Positions 14,161 to 27,371 are shown, counted from the stretch's first letter. The stretch: DNA of 64,000 bases from Vitrella brassicaformis CCMP3155 (GCA_001179505.1 CDMY01000447.1:186001-250000), one strand, 5' to 3'. Notes: generated from the sequence alone by a model not told the origin. A program made the numbers and translations.

Positions 14161-14786
14161 TCTCCCCACGTAAATCGGGCGGGGCAAATCCGGACAGGCA
14201 TACACACACTGACATCCATCGGCTGGCCTTCAAATCTCTCCCCTTCCTCTCTCTCTCTCTCTCTCTCTCTCTCGTGCATGCACATATGCATATCATCCGG
14301 GTGAATGCATTCACACATTCATTCGTCAACACGTCTGTCCGTCCGTCCGTCCGTCCGTCCGTCATTCCATTGATCGATCGCGGGCCCTCCTTTTGGCCAC
14401 CCAAACCACCCACACCCAACCGAACATCCATTCGTCCATCCGTCCATCGGCTATGCATTCACATACATACGCGCATTGATTGCATTATAGGTATACAGGT
14501 AGATGGGATAACAACCAAGCAAGCCAGAAGCGTACGCACGTACGCATCAGCAGCCAGTTATCAGCCAGTGATAGGTAGGTAGAGTGAGTAGGGTGAGTGA
14601 ATGAGCGACGCCATGCCATGCCATCCAGTAGTATAGCTGTGCACAGGTGAATAGATAGATAGATGCGCACCTGATCGACCAGCATGACCACACGCAAGCA
14701 AGGAGGCGCCTGTGCCCATTACCCATTCCATCTCTTCTGTGCACCCCACCCCCAAACCCCCCCACCGAGAGTGTGGATCCGTCAGG

Positions 14787-16207
14787 TCAGGGTGCGTTGA
14801 GGAAGACGACAATGACGGTGGTGTCGTCGATGACCTCCTCCTCGGCCCGCCATCTCTGGTTGCTCTCCTTGACCAGGGCGTCGCAGGCCGCCTGCGGGTC
14901 CTGCTTGTCGTGGAAGGGGCTCACGATCTTGACCACCTCCTCGTTGTCTATGAACTCCCACACGCCGTCGCTCGCCAGCACGATGAACTTGTCCTCGCTT
15001 GTCAAGGTAAAGATCTTGATCTCGGGCTCGGCCGTCACACCCACCGATGCTGCCACGCTGTCGCCCATCGACCGCGACATGGCGAGGCCCGGCGCGTCCT
15101 GGTCCTTGAGCCACACACGTGGGGGGCCGATGGGCTCCCCGTCTGAGCCCCGAAACGACTCGACGCGCCCGTCGCGGTCTTCGATGCGCTTCTTCTCGTC
15201 GGGGCGGTCCGGCTTGTGGTCGTCACTCAACGCCTGAGCTGACCAACGACCGTCTGCACGCACACACACACAGACGTGAATATGAATCCATGAGTGGGTG
15301 TCCATGCAGGTGTGGCTGGTGTGGTGGGTGGGAGTGGGGGTGTGTGGGACACGCGCCTTTGAATTTGCCGCAGATGGCTCGGCTGTCTCCCACACTGGCC
15401 GAGTAGAGTGTGGCGCCGCGGATGAACACTGATATGGTCGTCGAACCTGCACACAACCAGAAGCCCGCCAGTACAATGTCACTTGACCCTCTTCTCTCAC
15501 CCCGCCGCCCCTGTGCCCACCCCACCTGAGAATGTGATATCGAGTGACGACCGAAAGAGCTCGTGGTTGGTCTTGTGGAATGCCTTTTGTATGGCGGCCT
15601 TGGGGTCGGTGCGGAGGGTGGGCTCGCTCTGCAGGTAGTTGGGGAGCCGGCGGGTGATGAGTTGGCTGACCTCTCTGCCCTGGTAGCCGTGGCCGTCCAT
15701 GACGCAGAAAAAGTACTGCGTGGGGTCGTTGGCGAACTGCTCGATCTCAAAGTGGCTGTCCTGGTTGACCTTGTTGGGGTTCATCGGCACCACCCCTACC
15801 TTGCTCTTGCTCGCATACTTGGACACCACCCCGCCCCGCCCCACCTTCAAGTTGCTCTTGGCCTCCTCCTGCACAGCGTGCTCCACCACACCGTCCGCCT
15901 CGAACCCCTGAGTGCCCGACACCACCGACAGGCGGCGCCGCTGCTGGGTAGCCGCCGCAGACGCCTTGTCAGTGGGCGACTTGGAGGCAGGGGAGTTGGA
16001 GCGGTCCTTGCCGGCAGCGGGCGACTTGGCCCCCGACCCACCACCTCCCAGCTTCCCCGATGCACCCAGAGCACTCGAAGGGGAGGCGCCTCCCGAGGTG
16101 GGCTTGGCCGCCTTGCCTGCGGCCCCTGCCGACGGTGTGAGAGAGGGGTTGCCGGCGCCCTTTGGGGGGCTCTTTTTGCCAGACGAGGGGGACGACGAGG
16201 CCTTCAT
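14787..16207 (-). CDS. Protein phosphatase 2C (PPM family) with S/P/G/K-rich N-terminal extension
   Basis: Motifs NQDS, FFCVMDGHG, ASVGDSRAI, LSDDHKPD, GLAMSRSMGD, VLASDGVWEF and DDTTVIVV across spliced exons. Confidence 0.93.
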
Positions 16208-16542
16208 CGACAGATAGCGAGCCACACACACGCGAGAGCGACTTCGGCAGAGCCGAAAGGTCGGGAGGAGCGAGGGAACGAGAACGACTGTCGAGGGTCT
16301 CAAACAAGACAACAACTGCTCGACGGGCACCCTCTCCGATTCACTGCAACGGAGCGTGGCCTGGGGGAAGAGAAATCGCACCCTCTTCGGGCGATCGGTG
16401 CGAGCTTAGACGCAGAGGAGTTGAAACGTTCCCAGAGGCGTCCAGGGGAGTGAGTGTGTTGATCACAGCAGCTAAGCTTTTGTTTTTTCTGATCTCACTG
16501 AGGAGCTCTCCCAGTCTTGACGCCCTTCACTGTTTTGCCGAA

Positions 16543-17937
16543 ATGAGGTTGTTCTTCGGCGCCAAGAAGGAGGAGAACAAGGCTCCGGCGGTGCGTTTGG
16601 ACAGCACACACGCGATGCATAGATCAGCACAGCACAGCACAGATGCCCGGCGTTGCCGCTTTCTCCTGTGTGTTGTCTTGCGTGCCGCAGGTTGATCTGC
16701 CGACGGCCATCAAGTCCAACAAGGAGGCCATCGCGACTCTCGAGAAGCGGCAGCAGCATCTGGAGAAGCGCATCCAGGCGCAGGAGGATGAGGCGCGCGC
16801 CAAGACCAGGGCCAAGGACAAGCGGGGGGCGCTGCTGGCTCTCAAGCGCAAGAAGCTGTTCAACCAGGAGCTGGACCAGCTCAACAACGCCCGGCTGACG
16901 CTGGAGCAGCAGATCATGACACTCGAGAGCGCACAGACACAGACGGTGGCTGTCGAGGCCCTGCAGACAGGCGTCAACGCGCAGAAGATCATGAACCAGC
17001 GACTGTAAGCAAAGCAACCAAGAGGGCAGGGAGGGGAGGGGAGGGCACACACACATGGGTCGGGTGGCTGTGTCCAGTCCATGGTTGTTGATTTGGTGTG
17101 TTGGTTTGGTTTGGTTTGGCATGTCCTCCTCAGTAACATTGACAAGATCGACAATTTGATGGAGGACATGCAGGAGCAGCAGGACCTGCAGAATGAGGTC
17201 GCACAGGTCCTCTCCAGCGGACAACCCATCATGGACGACGTGCGCAATACATGCACACACACACACGCACGCCACAGCCACTGACAAGACACACACACTT
17301 GGGAACGCAACGCGGGAGTATCTGCGTTAATGTGTGGTTCAGGATGAGCTGCTGAACGAGCTGCAGGAGCTCGAGGCAGAGGGTACACACACAGACACGG
17401 GAAAACACGGGACAACACAGCCGGATACTTGCTCACGTATCTCTCTCGTGTGTGTGTGTGGATCAGAGCTGGACAACAAGCTGTTGAGTGCAGGCACCGT
17501 CCCGACGGGTGCGGCAGCGACACACACATACGGACGGACCAACAACCCACCGAGATTCGTGTACACGCCTAACTCTATCTGTGTGCGCGTATGTGTTTGT
17601 CAGGTCTGCCGGCGGTGCCTGCCGGAGCCGAGGCCGCCGGTACGTGTGTTGTGTTGATCCCCACGCATGGCACGGAGGAAGATTTCGTTCATCTGTGTGT
17701 GTGTGTGTATTGCGATGTTCAGGCGTTTCAGCAGAGGCGGCTCCCTCCGCCCCAGCGCCCGTCAAGACACAACAACAGGCCGCAAAGGTAGGAGAACAGG
17801 CCTGCAGCATGACATGAGCTGACCAGACAAGTGCAGTGCGTGTGGGGTGGATTGATGACATGGGTGTGTGTCACAATGTGTGTCAGCCTCTGAGCGACGA
17901 GGACCAGTTGGCTGCCCTGCAGGCGGAGCTCGCATGA
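16543..17937 (+). CDS. SNF7: ESCRT-III subunit Snf7/Vps32 (CHMP4)
   Basis: MRLFFG...KRGALLALKRKKLFNQELDQLNNARLTLEQQIMTLESA...IDKIDNLMEDMQEQQDLQNEV...DELLNELQELE...EDQLAALQAELA*. Confidence 0.95.
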
Positions 17938-18981
17938 TGGATACGCACACACATTCTGTACCTGCATCGCGAAGGTACCGAATGACAGACAGACAGACAG
18001 ACAGACACAAACACCGAGACAGACCGGGGGGCTACGCTACGTGAGTGCAAATACAGACGTCAGGCGTGCCCTTGTCTGTCTTTGTTTGTTCAGGTTGCTT
18101 GCCATCCGTCGAGACACACCTGTTGACGCATTTTTTGCTGAATGAATTGTGCGACACGTGGCTGCCGTTCAGGTGTGTCTTGTGATCGCTGTTTCCCCGC
18201 CGCAGTTGCATATGATCCCAGCACGTGGTGTCCCATCGTGCAATGATCATGCGACTGCAGCGAGGAACCCTCGACGCAACGACACACATCGAACAGCAGC
18301 GCACAGCCAGGCACAGTGAGAGGCAGGCGATCGCATTACAGTATGTGTCAACTCGACATCCCTGTGTGTGTCTCTCGTAATATCTCTCTGTCTGTCTGTA
18401 TGGCGTGGCCTGTGTGCGTGTACATTGGTCGCTTGATTGCTGTTGGGGTGTGATGACATGACGGGTGAGAGGGTGAGGGCGAGTCTTTGTTGTGGCTGGC
18501 CTGGCCTGGCCTGTCGGCTCAGACAGACAGGTAGGTATGTGGCGACTCACTTTTGATGCGAAACGGACCGACGGGTAGACAGACCCTCCCAGGCATGTGT
18601 GCATGCACTCCGTGTTTTTGGACGACGTAATACCCACATCAATCCCTGACCCTCAAACACAGGCGGAGAAACCGGACGGTGAGGTGCCAGCTGGCCACAT
18701 CGCCGCTCTTTGCTGAGCAGCCACAGCAGCTCGATGAAGAATGCCGTGTGGCCCGGGCACCAGCCGGTTGAAGATCCCGGCAATGCCCAGATCCTGCGGG
18801 ACAGCTTGCGGAGCGGGGGAGAGCCGTCATTTCGAAAGCGCTTATCTAAGCTCGCACTGGCAGAGCTTCAGATCGCGGACAGCCTTCCTTACTGTTGAGA
18901 ACCCATCTGAAGGGCCTTCTGGTGCTCTGGCAGACGAGTGAGTTGATCAGGGCTCTTGCCTGTATGCATTTCTGCGATATC

Positions 18982-21900
18982 ATGTCGCCCCGATTCCTCT
19001 TCCTCCTGAGCCTCTCTGTTGTCGTTTCAATGGTCAACCCGAGCTCCGCCACCAACGCCGATGTGCGATTCGGTAAGAGCAAAGATGAATGACATCCCCG
19101 GATCACATTTGTCCATGCTGTCGTCTCTGATCTTGGTCTCACGGTGCAGGCAGGTACAATATGACGGAGTCTGCCGTCGAGTCGGGCCATCGCAACTACT
19201 ATTATCTCAACTCTACCACCACTCTGTGCTCCATTGTGGTCTATGACGTCCCCTTCCAAGTATCGGATGACCACACGACTGTCTTGATGTCCATCAACCA
19301 CTTCGGCCGGAGACCGGACCCCACGCAGCCGCTTCGTAAGTAACTGACGGTGCGGGGCGGGGCGGGGCGGACGCATCCAGGCCTGTTGTCATCTGGGTGT
19401 TGTATGGTCTGCTTCTTCAGCTGCCAGCACCGGCTGGTTTGACATCAATTACAGTGGCGAGGCCAATGAGGGCTTCGAGGTGTGTGTGAACGACAACACC
19501 ACACACGTCAATAGGACTGACGATGGCAAGGGCAAGGGCGCTGTTGTGCAGTTCGACCACCATCCTGACCTGCACGTCGACTGGTATATTACGTGACAAA
19601 ACAAACGATCCATTCATGTGTGTCTCTATGCATCATTCTCAATCCGATGATCAATCAGGTTTGCCTTCCAGGGGAACCCTTTCTCTTTCAGCCAGGGCGG
19701 GCGCATCCGCTTGCCAAAGGTGGGGACCCGGTTCTACGGTGTGGGCTGCCGGTGGATCAATTTCTCTCCGCCGTTCAAGGGCTCGCCCCGCCTGCTGGTG
19801 GCTCTAGAGCACCAAACGACGGGACGACACCCTTTGAGGCATCAGGACACTGCTTGGGTGGAGGCGGTCGACCACCAGAGGGCCAGGGTGGGCCTGTGCA
19901 AGATACGCTCTGATCATGTCTCTCTATTGTCGTCGATCGACGATTGATGGATGGTGTGTTGTCCCTCCCTTCCAGGTGTGCGCTCGAGACGAGCCCATAT
20001 TCGAGACATCTGGGCATCGATCCATCCACATCAATTATCTGGCATTTGATCCATCCAAACTGCCCAACGAGCCGCACGCGCAGAGCGGCTCGGTCCTGAC
20101 GGCCTGGCCCAACAGCCCACAGCCTTCCAAGGACATGCTTGAGACCATCCACCACCCATTCGACGCTGTTCACCACCACGGTCATGGCGATGACACTCTC
20201 TTCCCCAACGCCCCCCACAGGATATGCATCAACGTGACCTTCTCGACGCCTTTTGACAGCGTGCCCTATGTCTTTGTGACGGCGAGCCACAGGGGCGAGA
20301 GGGAGAAGACCAAGGACTTCGAGGCCACGACTGCGTGGGTGGAGGAGCTGAGCGAGCGGGGGTTCAGGGGGTGCGTGACGGAGATGTGGTACCATGACGG
20401 GCCTCACGAGCCCATCTGGCTCGAGTGGCTGGCCTTCGACGATCTCTTCATGTGGGACCCCATGCACAAACAGTAAGCAAAGAAGGAGACAGCACACCCA
20501 CCCGCGCCGTGAACCTTCTCGTGTGTTTGCAGGCGTATGATGGGCGTGCGGGGGTCCCTCTTCATGCGTCTCGATTACTACTATTTCACCAGGAGTTCCG
20601 TGCCTTTTGCCTCGAGCATCCAGTCAGCCCTCACCGAGGCCGCAGGTCAGTCAATAGTCACACGGAAGCCAGAGCTCTCAGTGCAAGACAACGATCCGTG
20701 GTCGTGTGCAGGCATAGCTGCGGCCCGGGTGAACATCAAGAACGTGTCCGATGCCTCCGGGCAGCTGAGTGATGTGCCCAACCTGATGATAGTCGAGTTC
20801 GACATCGCACCGCCAGAAAATGTAATGACGCGACGAAAGGTCACGCACACACATCATGATAGACACGCCATTGGTTCTGACCAATGATGGCTGCTGTGTC
20901 TCCTTTGCTCCATGCAGGGCGGCTTGCGCGAGATGGGCGCAGTGGACGCCATGCAGAAGATCGACGACCAGGTGCGGGCAAAACAGACGGAAAGAATCCA
21001 ATGGAGCAATCCGGCGTTAAGCTGATCCATTCATTGATGCTGTGCAGATTGCTCGAGAGACGGGCTCCTTCTGGCAGACCAAGTTCGCAGCAGAGTACCT
21101 GTCAGACGCAGTGGTTGCACCAATCGCACCCAAGAACAACACGGACGGCGCTCCACCCCCTGCAAAGAAGAAGAACAAACGCAGCCCCCCTCCCCTATCC
21201 AGCGGCGCCGGAAAGACCTACCCGCCATTCAACATGCCCAAGGCGTGGCTAGAGTACAGGGCGGACTGTGTGGTGGGCCCTTGGACGATCGACGGCAAAT
21301 GCAGCAGCCAAGGGAAGGACAAATGCGACCGGATGCAGAGTGAGTTCTCAGCAGACAGGGAGGGAGGGAGATGGATGTCTTTGTTGGTCTGGCCGCCTTG
21401 CTGCGTGCAGGTGGTTTTTTGCGTCAGCGTCGTGAGATGGTGCGGCAGAAGTCGACTACAGGGAAGGAGTGCCCACCGCTCACCCGCAATGTGCCGTGCA
21501 ACATTCCACCATGCTGGGAAGAGGCAGCAGGGGCGACACAAGCAGGTAGCACCTGTGACGTTAGACTGACTGAGACGAACGCCATGCTACCTCTCTCTCT
21601 CTCAACCGTTTGTTTGTTGTGGCTCAGCCGGGGAGAGGAGTCCGGCTGCGGTGTCGTCACAGATGGGCGGCAGCAGCCGGGAGCCGGTCAGCACGCAGGA
21701 AGCTGCTCAGGTAGGCGGCGCACACTGGCACACAGAGACATGCACAGATGGCTCGTGAAGGAAGGGATAAGACGCAATGTCCACTGTCCATCAGGCGCAG
21801 GATGATTTCTCCAGCCAGCAGTCGATGGGTGGCGACAATCTTGAGGAGATCGAGCCGCCCCCCGGCGGCAACAAGGAGAAGAAGAACCCACATCGCAACC

Positions 21901-22417
21901 TCATCGTCGCAGCCATGTCTGTCGCCGTCATTCTAGCCATACCTTGCACCGGCGCCGCGATACTGGTCAGTCAGTCTTTGACGCCACACGTGAGACACAC
22001 ACATCCGTCCTTCGTCTCCTCCTGCAGGCGTGTGTGGTCTACTTCTGTCGGTCCAAGGAGCGCGGGCCCGTCAACATCTGTTCTGCCGATCCCTCCCAGG
22101 TGGACTCCCCCCAGCCCGGCGTCCCCAAGATGGTGGGCAGGTACCGCCAGCAAGTGGACGACATCGACATCACACGGACACAAAGAGACATCTGCGATGA
22201 CGCCGTGCCCCCAGCCATGCAGACCAAGGACGACCCTGCCCACGACTCAGCCCCAACTTTCAACAGGGAGAGCAGTCTAGACGAGATCGAATTGGCCACT
22301 CCGGTGGACGCGCAGTTCAAGTATACCCCAACACGCCTGCCGCCATTGGGTGTGGCCGCCCAGCAGCAGGCCGCTGCCAGAGAAAGGGGAGAGGCCGGGG
22401 GCGTTTCTCTCATCTAG
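18982..22417 (+). CDS. Type I membrane protein: signal peptide, three H-type-lectin-like repeats, spondin-type TSP1 repeat, TM helix, acidic cytoplasmic tail
   Basis: SP MSPRFLFLLSLSVVVSMVNPSSA. Repeats of the form F-x-x-PF...P-x-V...H...TAWVE...C. TSP1-like CVVGPW...C...RQRREMV...GKECPPLTRNVPCNIPPC. TM LIVAAMSVAVILAIPCTGAAIL/ACVVYF. Confidence 0.75.
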
Positions 22418-22961
22418 CATAGTGACAGCTGGACAGACGGCATCGTGTGATTGTTTTGAAGCGTGAAGCGCACGGTCTGTCAGGTGTTTTCTCAGCTAGC
22501 TGTGTCGATGGGATGGTGGATGGATGGATGGATTATCTTTCCTTATGTGAAGGAGACCGCGGGCGGGGCGGTGGGGTGGGGGAGGTGTCGTGTATATGTG
22601 TGTCGATTTCTGCTGCTGCGATTGGCTACTCGTCTGTCTGGCTGACAGTGGCTGTACAGTGGTTGGGTGACAGACAGGGGGGAACAGGACACCTGGTGGA
22701 TTGGATTTCGTGGACAGACACACACATATTGTATGGTTGACACACTCAGACCAACGCACATGCACATGCAAAAAGTGAGTGGGAGGTTATCCTATCACCA
22801 GCAACCATATGTACACGCAGCGCAGCAAACGGCAGGGCAGGGCAGCCGACACACTTGTACAAGTCAGCAACGGATGGACAGATTGATTCATTTGCACCCC
22901 CTCCCCCATCCATCCATCCAGCTCAACACATCCCCCCGCTATCAATCAGTCAGTCCATCGA

Positions 22962-24120
22962 TCAGGTGCCGCGTGCCGCCCGTGAGGACTTCTGCTGGGG
23001 CACAAACCGGCGGTAGTACGCATTGGCCCTCTCCTGCACACACACATCGGACACATCGGACACACACATCGAACACATCCGTATTAGCGCTTGGGTGGCT
23101 CGGCTGTCTGTGTGCGTGGCCCACGCACGCACCTTATGCACAAACTGCACGGACTCGGGCAGCTCCCCCAGGCAACGCCCTGACCGACCACACAGCAGCC
23201 GTGGTGTAGGAGAACAGAACAGACCGGCGTCAGTCCAGGGGGTCCCAGTCGCCCACCTGGCGTCCCTCCAAACACGGTGAATGGCGGCACCACTGTGTCG
23301 GGTGGCAGGATCGTCCCTGCAGAAGGGAGGCACCCACACACACACACAAAAAGAGCAACAGATCGTTGGGTGCCTTGTCGTCGTGCCTTCAAGTGTGCCG
23401 CCCGCCACGCCCTCACCCGGCAGTATGCGGCAGTTGTCCTTGATGACACACCGCTTGCACTGACAGCCCACAACACAACACAACACAACACAACAAGAGC
23501 CAACCAAGCCACACACACGTTGGCCTCTGGGACGGGCCAGTGCTCTGTGCATCCCTCCTGTGTATGTATCGCGTGGTTACTTACAATGATGCAGTTGTCT
23601 CCGATGTCGACATAGGATCCGATGAGGGCCGCGTTGACGACCGTCTTGTCCCCTATCGTCACGTAGTCGCCGATGGCCATCGGGAAGAACGCAAACCCAC
23701 TGCAGTCAGTGCAGTCAGTGCAGACACACACAGATGCGGAACAACATGTCATGACTTGGTGGTGGTGCTGTGGTGGGCAGGCAGGGCACCCCACCCTCTG
23801 TATTTCTTGTAAGGCGGCCTGAGCACGGTGTCCTCGCCCACAATGACATACTTGCCGATCCTCAGCAGCGCCAAATCGCCACGAAGGATCACACCGGGCT
23901 TGATTATCGACTGCATGACACACACAACACCGGAACGAACAGAGAGTCAGAACGTCAGCAGAGGTGTGTTCAGTGTTGTTTGTTTTCAGACCCGTCCTGA
24001 CAGCTGAATGTTTTGGCTGCCGCAGAGGACCGATTTGCGGCTGACTTTGTTGCCCGACGCCGTCTGGATGTACTCAGACTTGTGGTAGTAGATGGGATCC
24101 TCCACATACATCGACAACAT
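22962..24120 (-). CDS. DCTN5: Dynactin subunit 5 (p25)
   Basis: [85 protein letters not shown]. Confidence 0.93.
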
Positions 24121-24363
24121 ATCGATAGAACTATCACTCTCTCATCTCACGTCATGTGGGCCATGAAAGGCCTTGTGGGACCGTGACTGAGAAGAATTCT
24201 CCTTCAACGTCGCAGCTTCCTTTCCTGCCAAGCTCGCAGCCTGTTCCGTTTTTCTGTCCGCCCCAACCGCTGCTGATCCGGGCGTTTGTCCAAAGAGTTC
24301 TCTGCTACGTCTGTGCTGCTTTGAGAGACGAAATAAAGGCAGATCCGACGGCAGATCTCCGGA

Positions 24364-24867
24364 ATGGACTCATCTTGCCTGCTGCCATCCGTCCTCAAGG
24401 CGCTGCTGGTTTCAGCCCTGTGGGCTCTGCTGATGGTCCTTCCCGCATCTGGCGACTCATTATTGAGAAGAAGGAACGGCGCGGCGTTCGCTGCAACGAG
24501 ACCACAATGGCGCGGTGAAAGCACGAGGCCGCACCGACGGATGAGAGCGAGGCCCTTGCAAATGGTAAGAGAATAGCGAGGCAACGCGTTCAGGTTCATT
24601 CATTCTGCATCGGCTGCGCCTCTGCTGTAGGTGACGATAACGTTCGAGCCGAGCAAGAAGGCGATAGAGGCCAAGCCGGGCGAGTCACTGGCTGAGATAT
24701 GCGCCAAGAACAAGATCCCTGTCAAGTACAACTGCAAGAAGGGCCAGTGCGCCACGTGCGAGTCGACCCTGAGGAACGACAAGAACGGCCGGACGCAGAA
24801 GATAAGGCCGTGCATCTACACTGTGGGCTCCTTGCCAAAGGCGTGGACGTGCATCGTCAACGGCTGA
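24364..24867 (+). CDS. Small plastid-targeted 2Fe-2S ferredoxin-like protein (2 exons)
   Basis: Signal peptide plus R-rich transit peptide containing AAF. Intron 24565-24630. Mature domain has YNCKKGQCATCE...RPCI (C-x4-C-x2-C...C). Confidence 0.85.
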
Positions 24868-25329
24868 GTGAGGTGACGGACGACCTGCCGTGCACCCACC
24901 CCATCCAAGATAGACGAGAATGTGGCCTGTGGATGAATGATGTGAAGGTGCGGCGAGAGGGGGGAGGGAGATTGTTTCATTCATTCATTCGGTGGATAGA
25001 CAGCGCTTTGACTGCATGATGTTGGATTGGGCTGCTGTGCCCCCTTAGATTCGGAGACGATTGATGGGTCATATGGGATGTATGGCTGACGACTGACTCA
25101 ATCAGTGAACGAGTGCACATGTGCATGTGAATACATCAATCACATCAGTGGCTGCTGGCTCACAGCTGGCGATTTGCAGGGGGGACGCATTCAAGAGAAT
25201 CAGTTGATTGACAGTCCCATCGCATCAGACCAAAAACATCCTCACTTGGGTTTAGGCACACACGCTATGCTACTGTTTGTCCGCCTGTCTGACCGTCTGA
25301 CTGTCTGGGCCACACACATGCACTGCATG

Positions 25330-27166
25330 CTACCGTCCCCCTCCCCCTCCCCCTCCCCCGCCNNNNNNNNNNNNNNNNNNNNNNNNNNNNNNNNNNNNNN
25401 NNNNNNNNNNNNNNNNNNNNNNNNNNNNNNNNNNNNNNNNNNNNNNNNNNNNNNNNNNNNNNNNNNNNNNNNNNNNNNNNNNNNNNNNNNNNNNNNNNNN
25501 NNNNNNNNNNNNNNNNNNNNNNNNNNNNNNNNNNNNNNNNNNNNNNNNNNNNNNNNNNNNNNNNNNNNNNNNNNNNNNNNNNNNNNNNNNNNNNNNNNNN
25601 NNNNNNNNNNNNNNNNNNNNNNNNNNNNNNNNNNNNNNNNNNNNNNNNNNNNNNNNNNNNNNGCCCCTCCCTCCACCACCTGCACCAACACAACCCACAT
25701 CAGGCGAGTCAAACGCACGATTCATTCAACATCCAACGATCTATGCATGCAAAAGAGCTGCGTTTGGTTGGCCCTTACCTGCTCCGGCCTGGCCCTCCTC
25801 GGGCTGCTGCAGGAGGCTGAGGATCAGCGCAGCACCCAATAACAGCCACCACTGCAGCATCCAACGGAAGGCACAGATGTTTATCAGCCAGCGTCACCGG
25901 GCAGGCAGTGTGCAGTGTCCTCGTGTCTGTCTGTTTGGGTACGTACGTATTTCTGGAAGAAGGACGGCTCCTTCTGCTCCTTGCCGTCCTCCTTGCCACC
26001 CCCTGACACACACAAAGCAGCAGCAGAGCAGTGAGTGGTTCAGACACGGCAGCCGCCGGCTGGACGTGCGGTGCGCTTCGCTGTCACCGAGCACCCTTAA
26101 GTAATCACCTTCGGGTGGTCTTGGAGCCGTCAGTATGTGTGGCCTGACCCAATCACACGCACAGCCACGATATGGACGCATGTGTCGCTCTTTTCAGGTG
26201 TGGTGTGCGTGCTTACGTGTCTGCCTCTGTGGGCGTTTCGACAGCGATCTCAAGCTTCTCCAGCAAATCATACCCGAACTGACCCCACACCCCCACACAC
26301 AGCCATCTCATCTCATCTCACTGAAGCTTTGAGGGGCGTGTGTGTGTGCATATGTTCAATCACCTCCCGTTTGCTCGAGAAGGACATAGCTATGGGCGAC
26401 CCCTTGTCCGTCAGGTGGAGACTCAGCACACCCACACTCCCCTTCAGGTCCAGCCTGTCCTGTAAGCAGGATGTCCGCACGCACACAGACACACACGACA
26501 TCGAGCTTCGGGCCTGTGGCAAGCTTGTGTGTCTTTAATCTACCATCTACCAGAGCAGTGGATGCCATGATGCTCTCGTCCTTGGCGTCATTTGGAGTGA
26601 GGCGAAAGCTCAGCCACAGGCGCCCAGCCTGAAGGACGGACGAACCGCACGATTGATGCCAACACACACAGCAATGGATACCCTAAGGGGAAGGGCAGCA
26701 CGGTGTGTGTGCACTGCTTACGTGTTGAGTCTGCTGTAGGTGTTCGAGTGGGAGTGGCGGGTCAGCGACGGTGGCGCTTCCCTCGAGCACCACTCCTGTC
26801 ACCGGGCTGCGCACCAGCTCCAAATCAGCGTAGTGACGCCACGCACCTGCAGCCAACCACGCCATACACACACAGACGCTACACGTACACTCCCTCCAGC
26901 TGACTGACTCGCTGTGCTGTACCTGAGCTGGAGTCGCCAGGCAAGATGCACTCGAGTTTGTAGGTGTTGTAGGACGACGACACTGCCCTCGTTCTTTCGA
27001 TTCCAAGCAAGCAGCAGAGAGCGGCCGCAGCCAGGGGCAGGAAAGGAGTGCAGCGCCTCACTCGGGATGGGCGGCTTTGGCTTGATCTGTGATGGGTGTG
27101 CAGGGGAAGGGACGATGCTGCTGGTGTGTCCGTGATCTGCGGCGACGTCCGACACTCAGGCGCCAT
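25330..27166 (-). CDS. EMC10: ER membrane protein complex subunit 10-like
   Basis: N-terminal hydrophobic signal (FLPLAAAALCCLLGIERTRA). C-terminal PRPPEG...KEQKEPSFFQKY/WWLLLGAALILSLL followed by a Gly-rich tail matches the EMC10 SFFxKYW-TM-Gly pattern. The tail crosses a gap and the start codon is inferred. Confidence 0.7.
25363..25662. other. Assembly gap (300 N) in the Gly-rich last exon of EMC10
   Basis: 300 N flanked by C-rich runs. Confidence 0.99.
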
Positions 27167-27335
27167 CGTGATGAGTCTTCTCCACCTGCATCGACGCAAG
27201 AGGGCATTTTTTCATTCAATATGGGATCTGTGGCAGCAATGCCTTATCCGTCATCTTACCAGGACGTTGCTGCACTTTCCTGGTTCTCTCCTCAGCTAAG
27301 CGCGCAGACCAAACCCTGGACCTCAAACCCTACGA
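27102..27335. repeat. Repeat copy A: EMC10/HPR divergent promoter plus first EMC10 codons; inverted copy at 34529-34745
   Basis: Direct alignment, e.g. GGGACGATGCTGCTGGTGTGTCCGTGATCTGCGGCGACGTCCGACA and ATGGGATCTGTGGCAGCAATGCCTTATCCGTCATCTTACCA match the reverse complement of copy B apart from substitutions and small indels. Confidence 0.95.
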
Positions 27336-27371
27336 GGGTCATGGCGAGGGTTGCACCAACTCCGTTCCGTG

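Noticed and set aside
18547-18570. RFASK read as the start of mitochondrial ribosomal protein L27
   Set aside because: The downstream exons do not give the GGS..NGRDS signature in any frame.
27168-27230. GTGATGA as box C of a C/D snoRNA
   Set aside because: No suitably placed CTGA box D with a terminal stem was found, and I recognised no rRNA-complementary guide.
27310-27333. AAACCCT x2 as telomere seed or telomerase RNA template
   Set aside because: Only two separated imperfect units, with no array or 1.5-repeat template. A promoter telo-box-like motif is more plausible.
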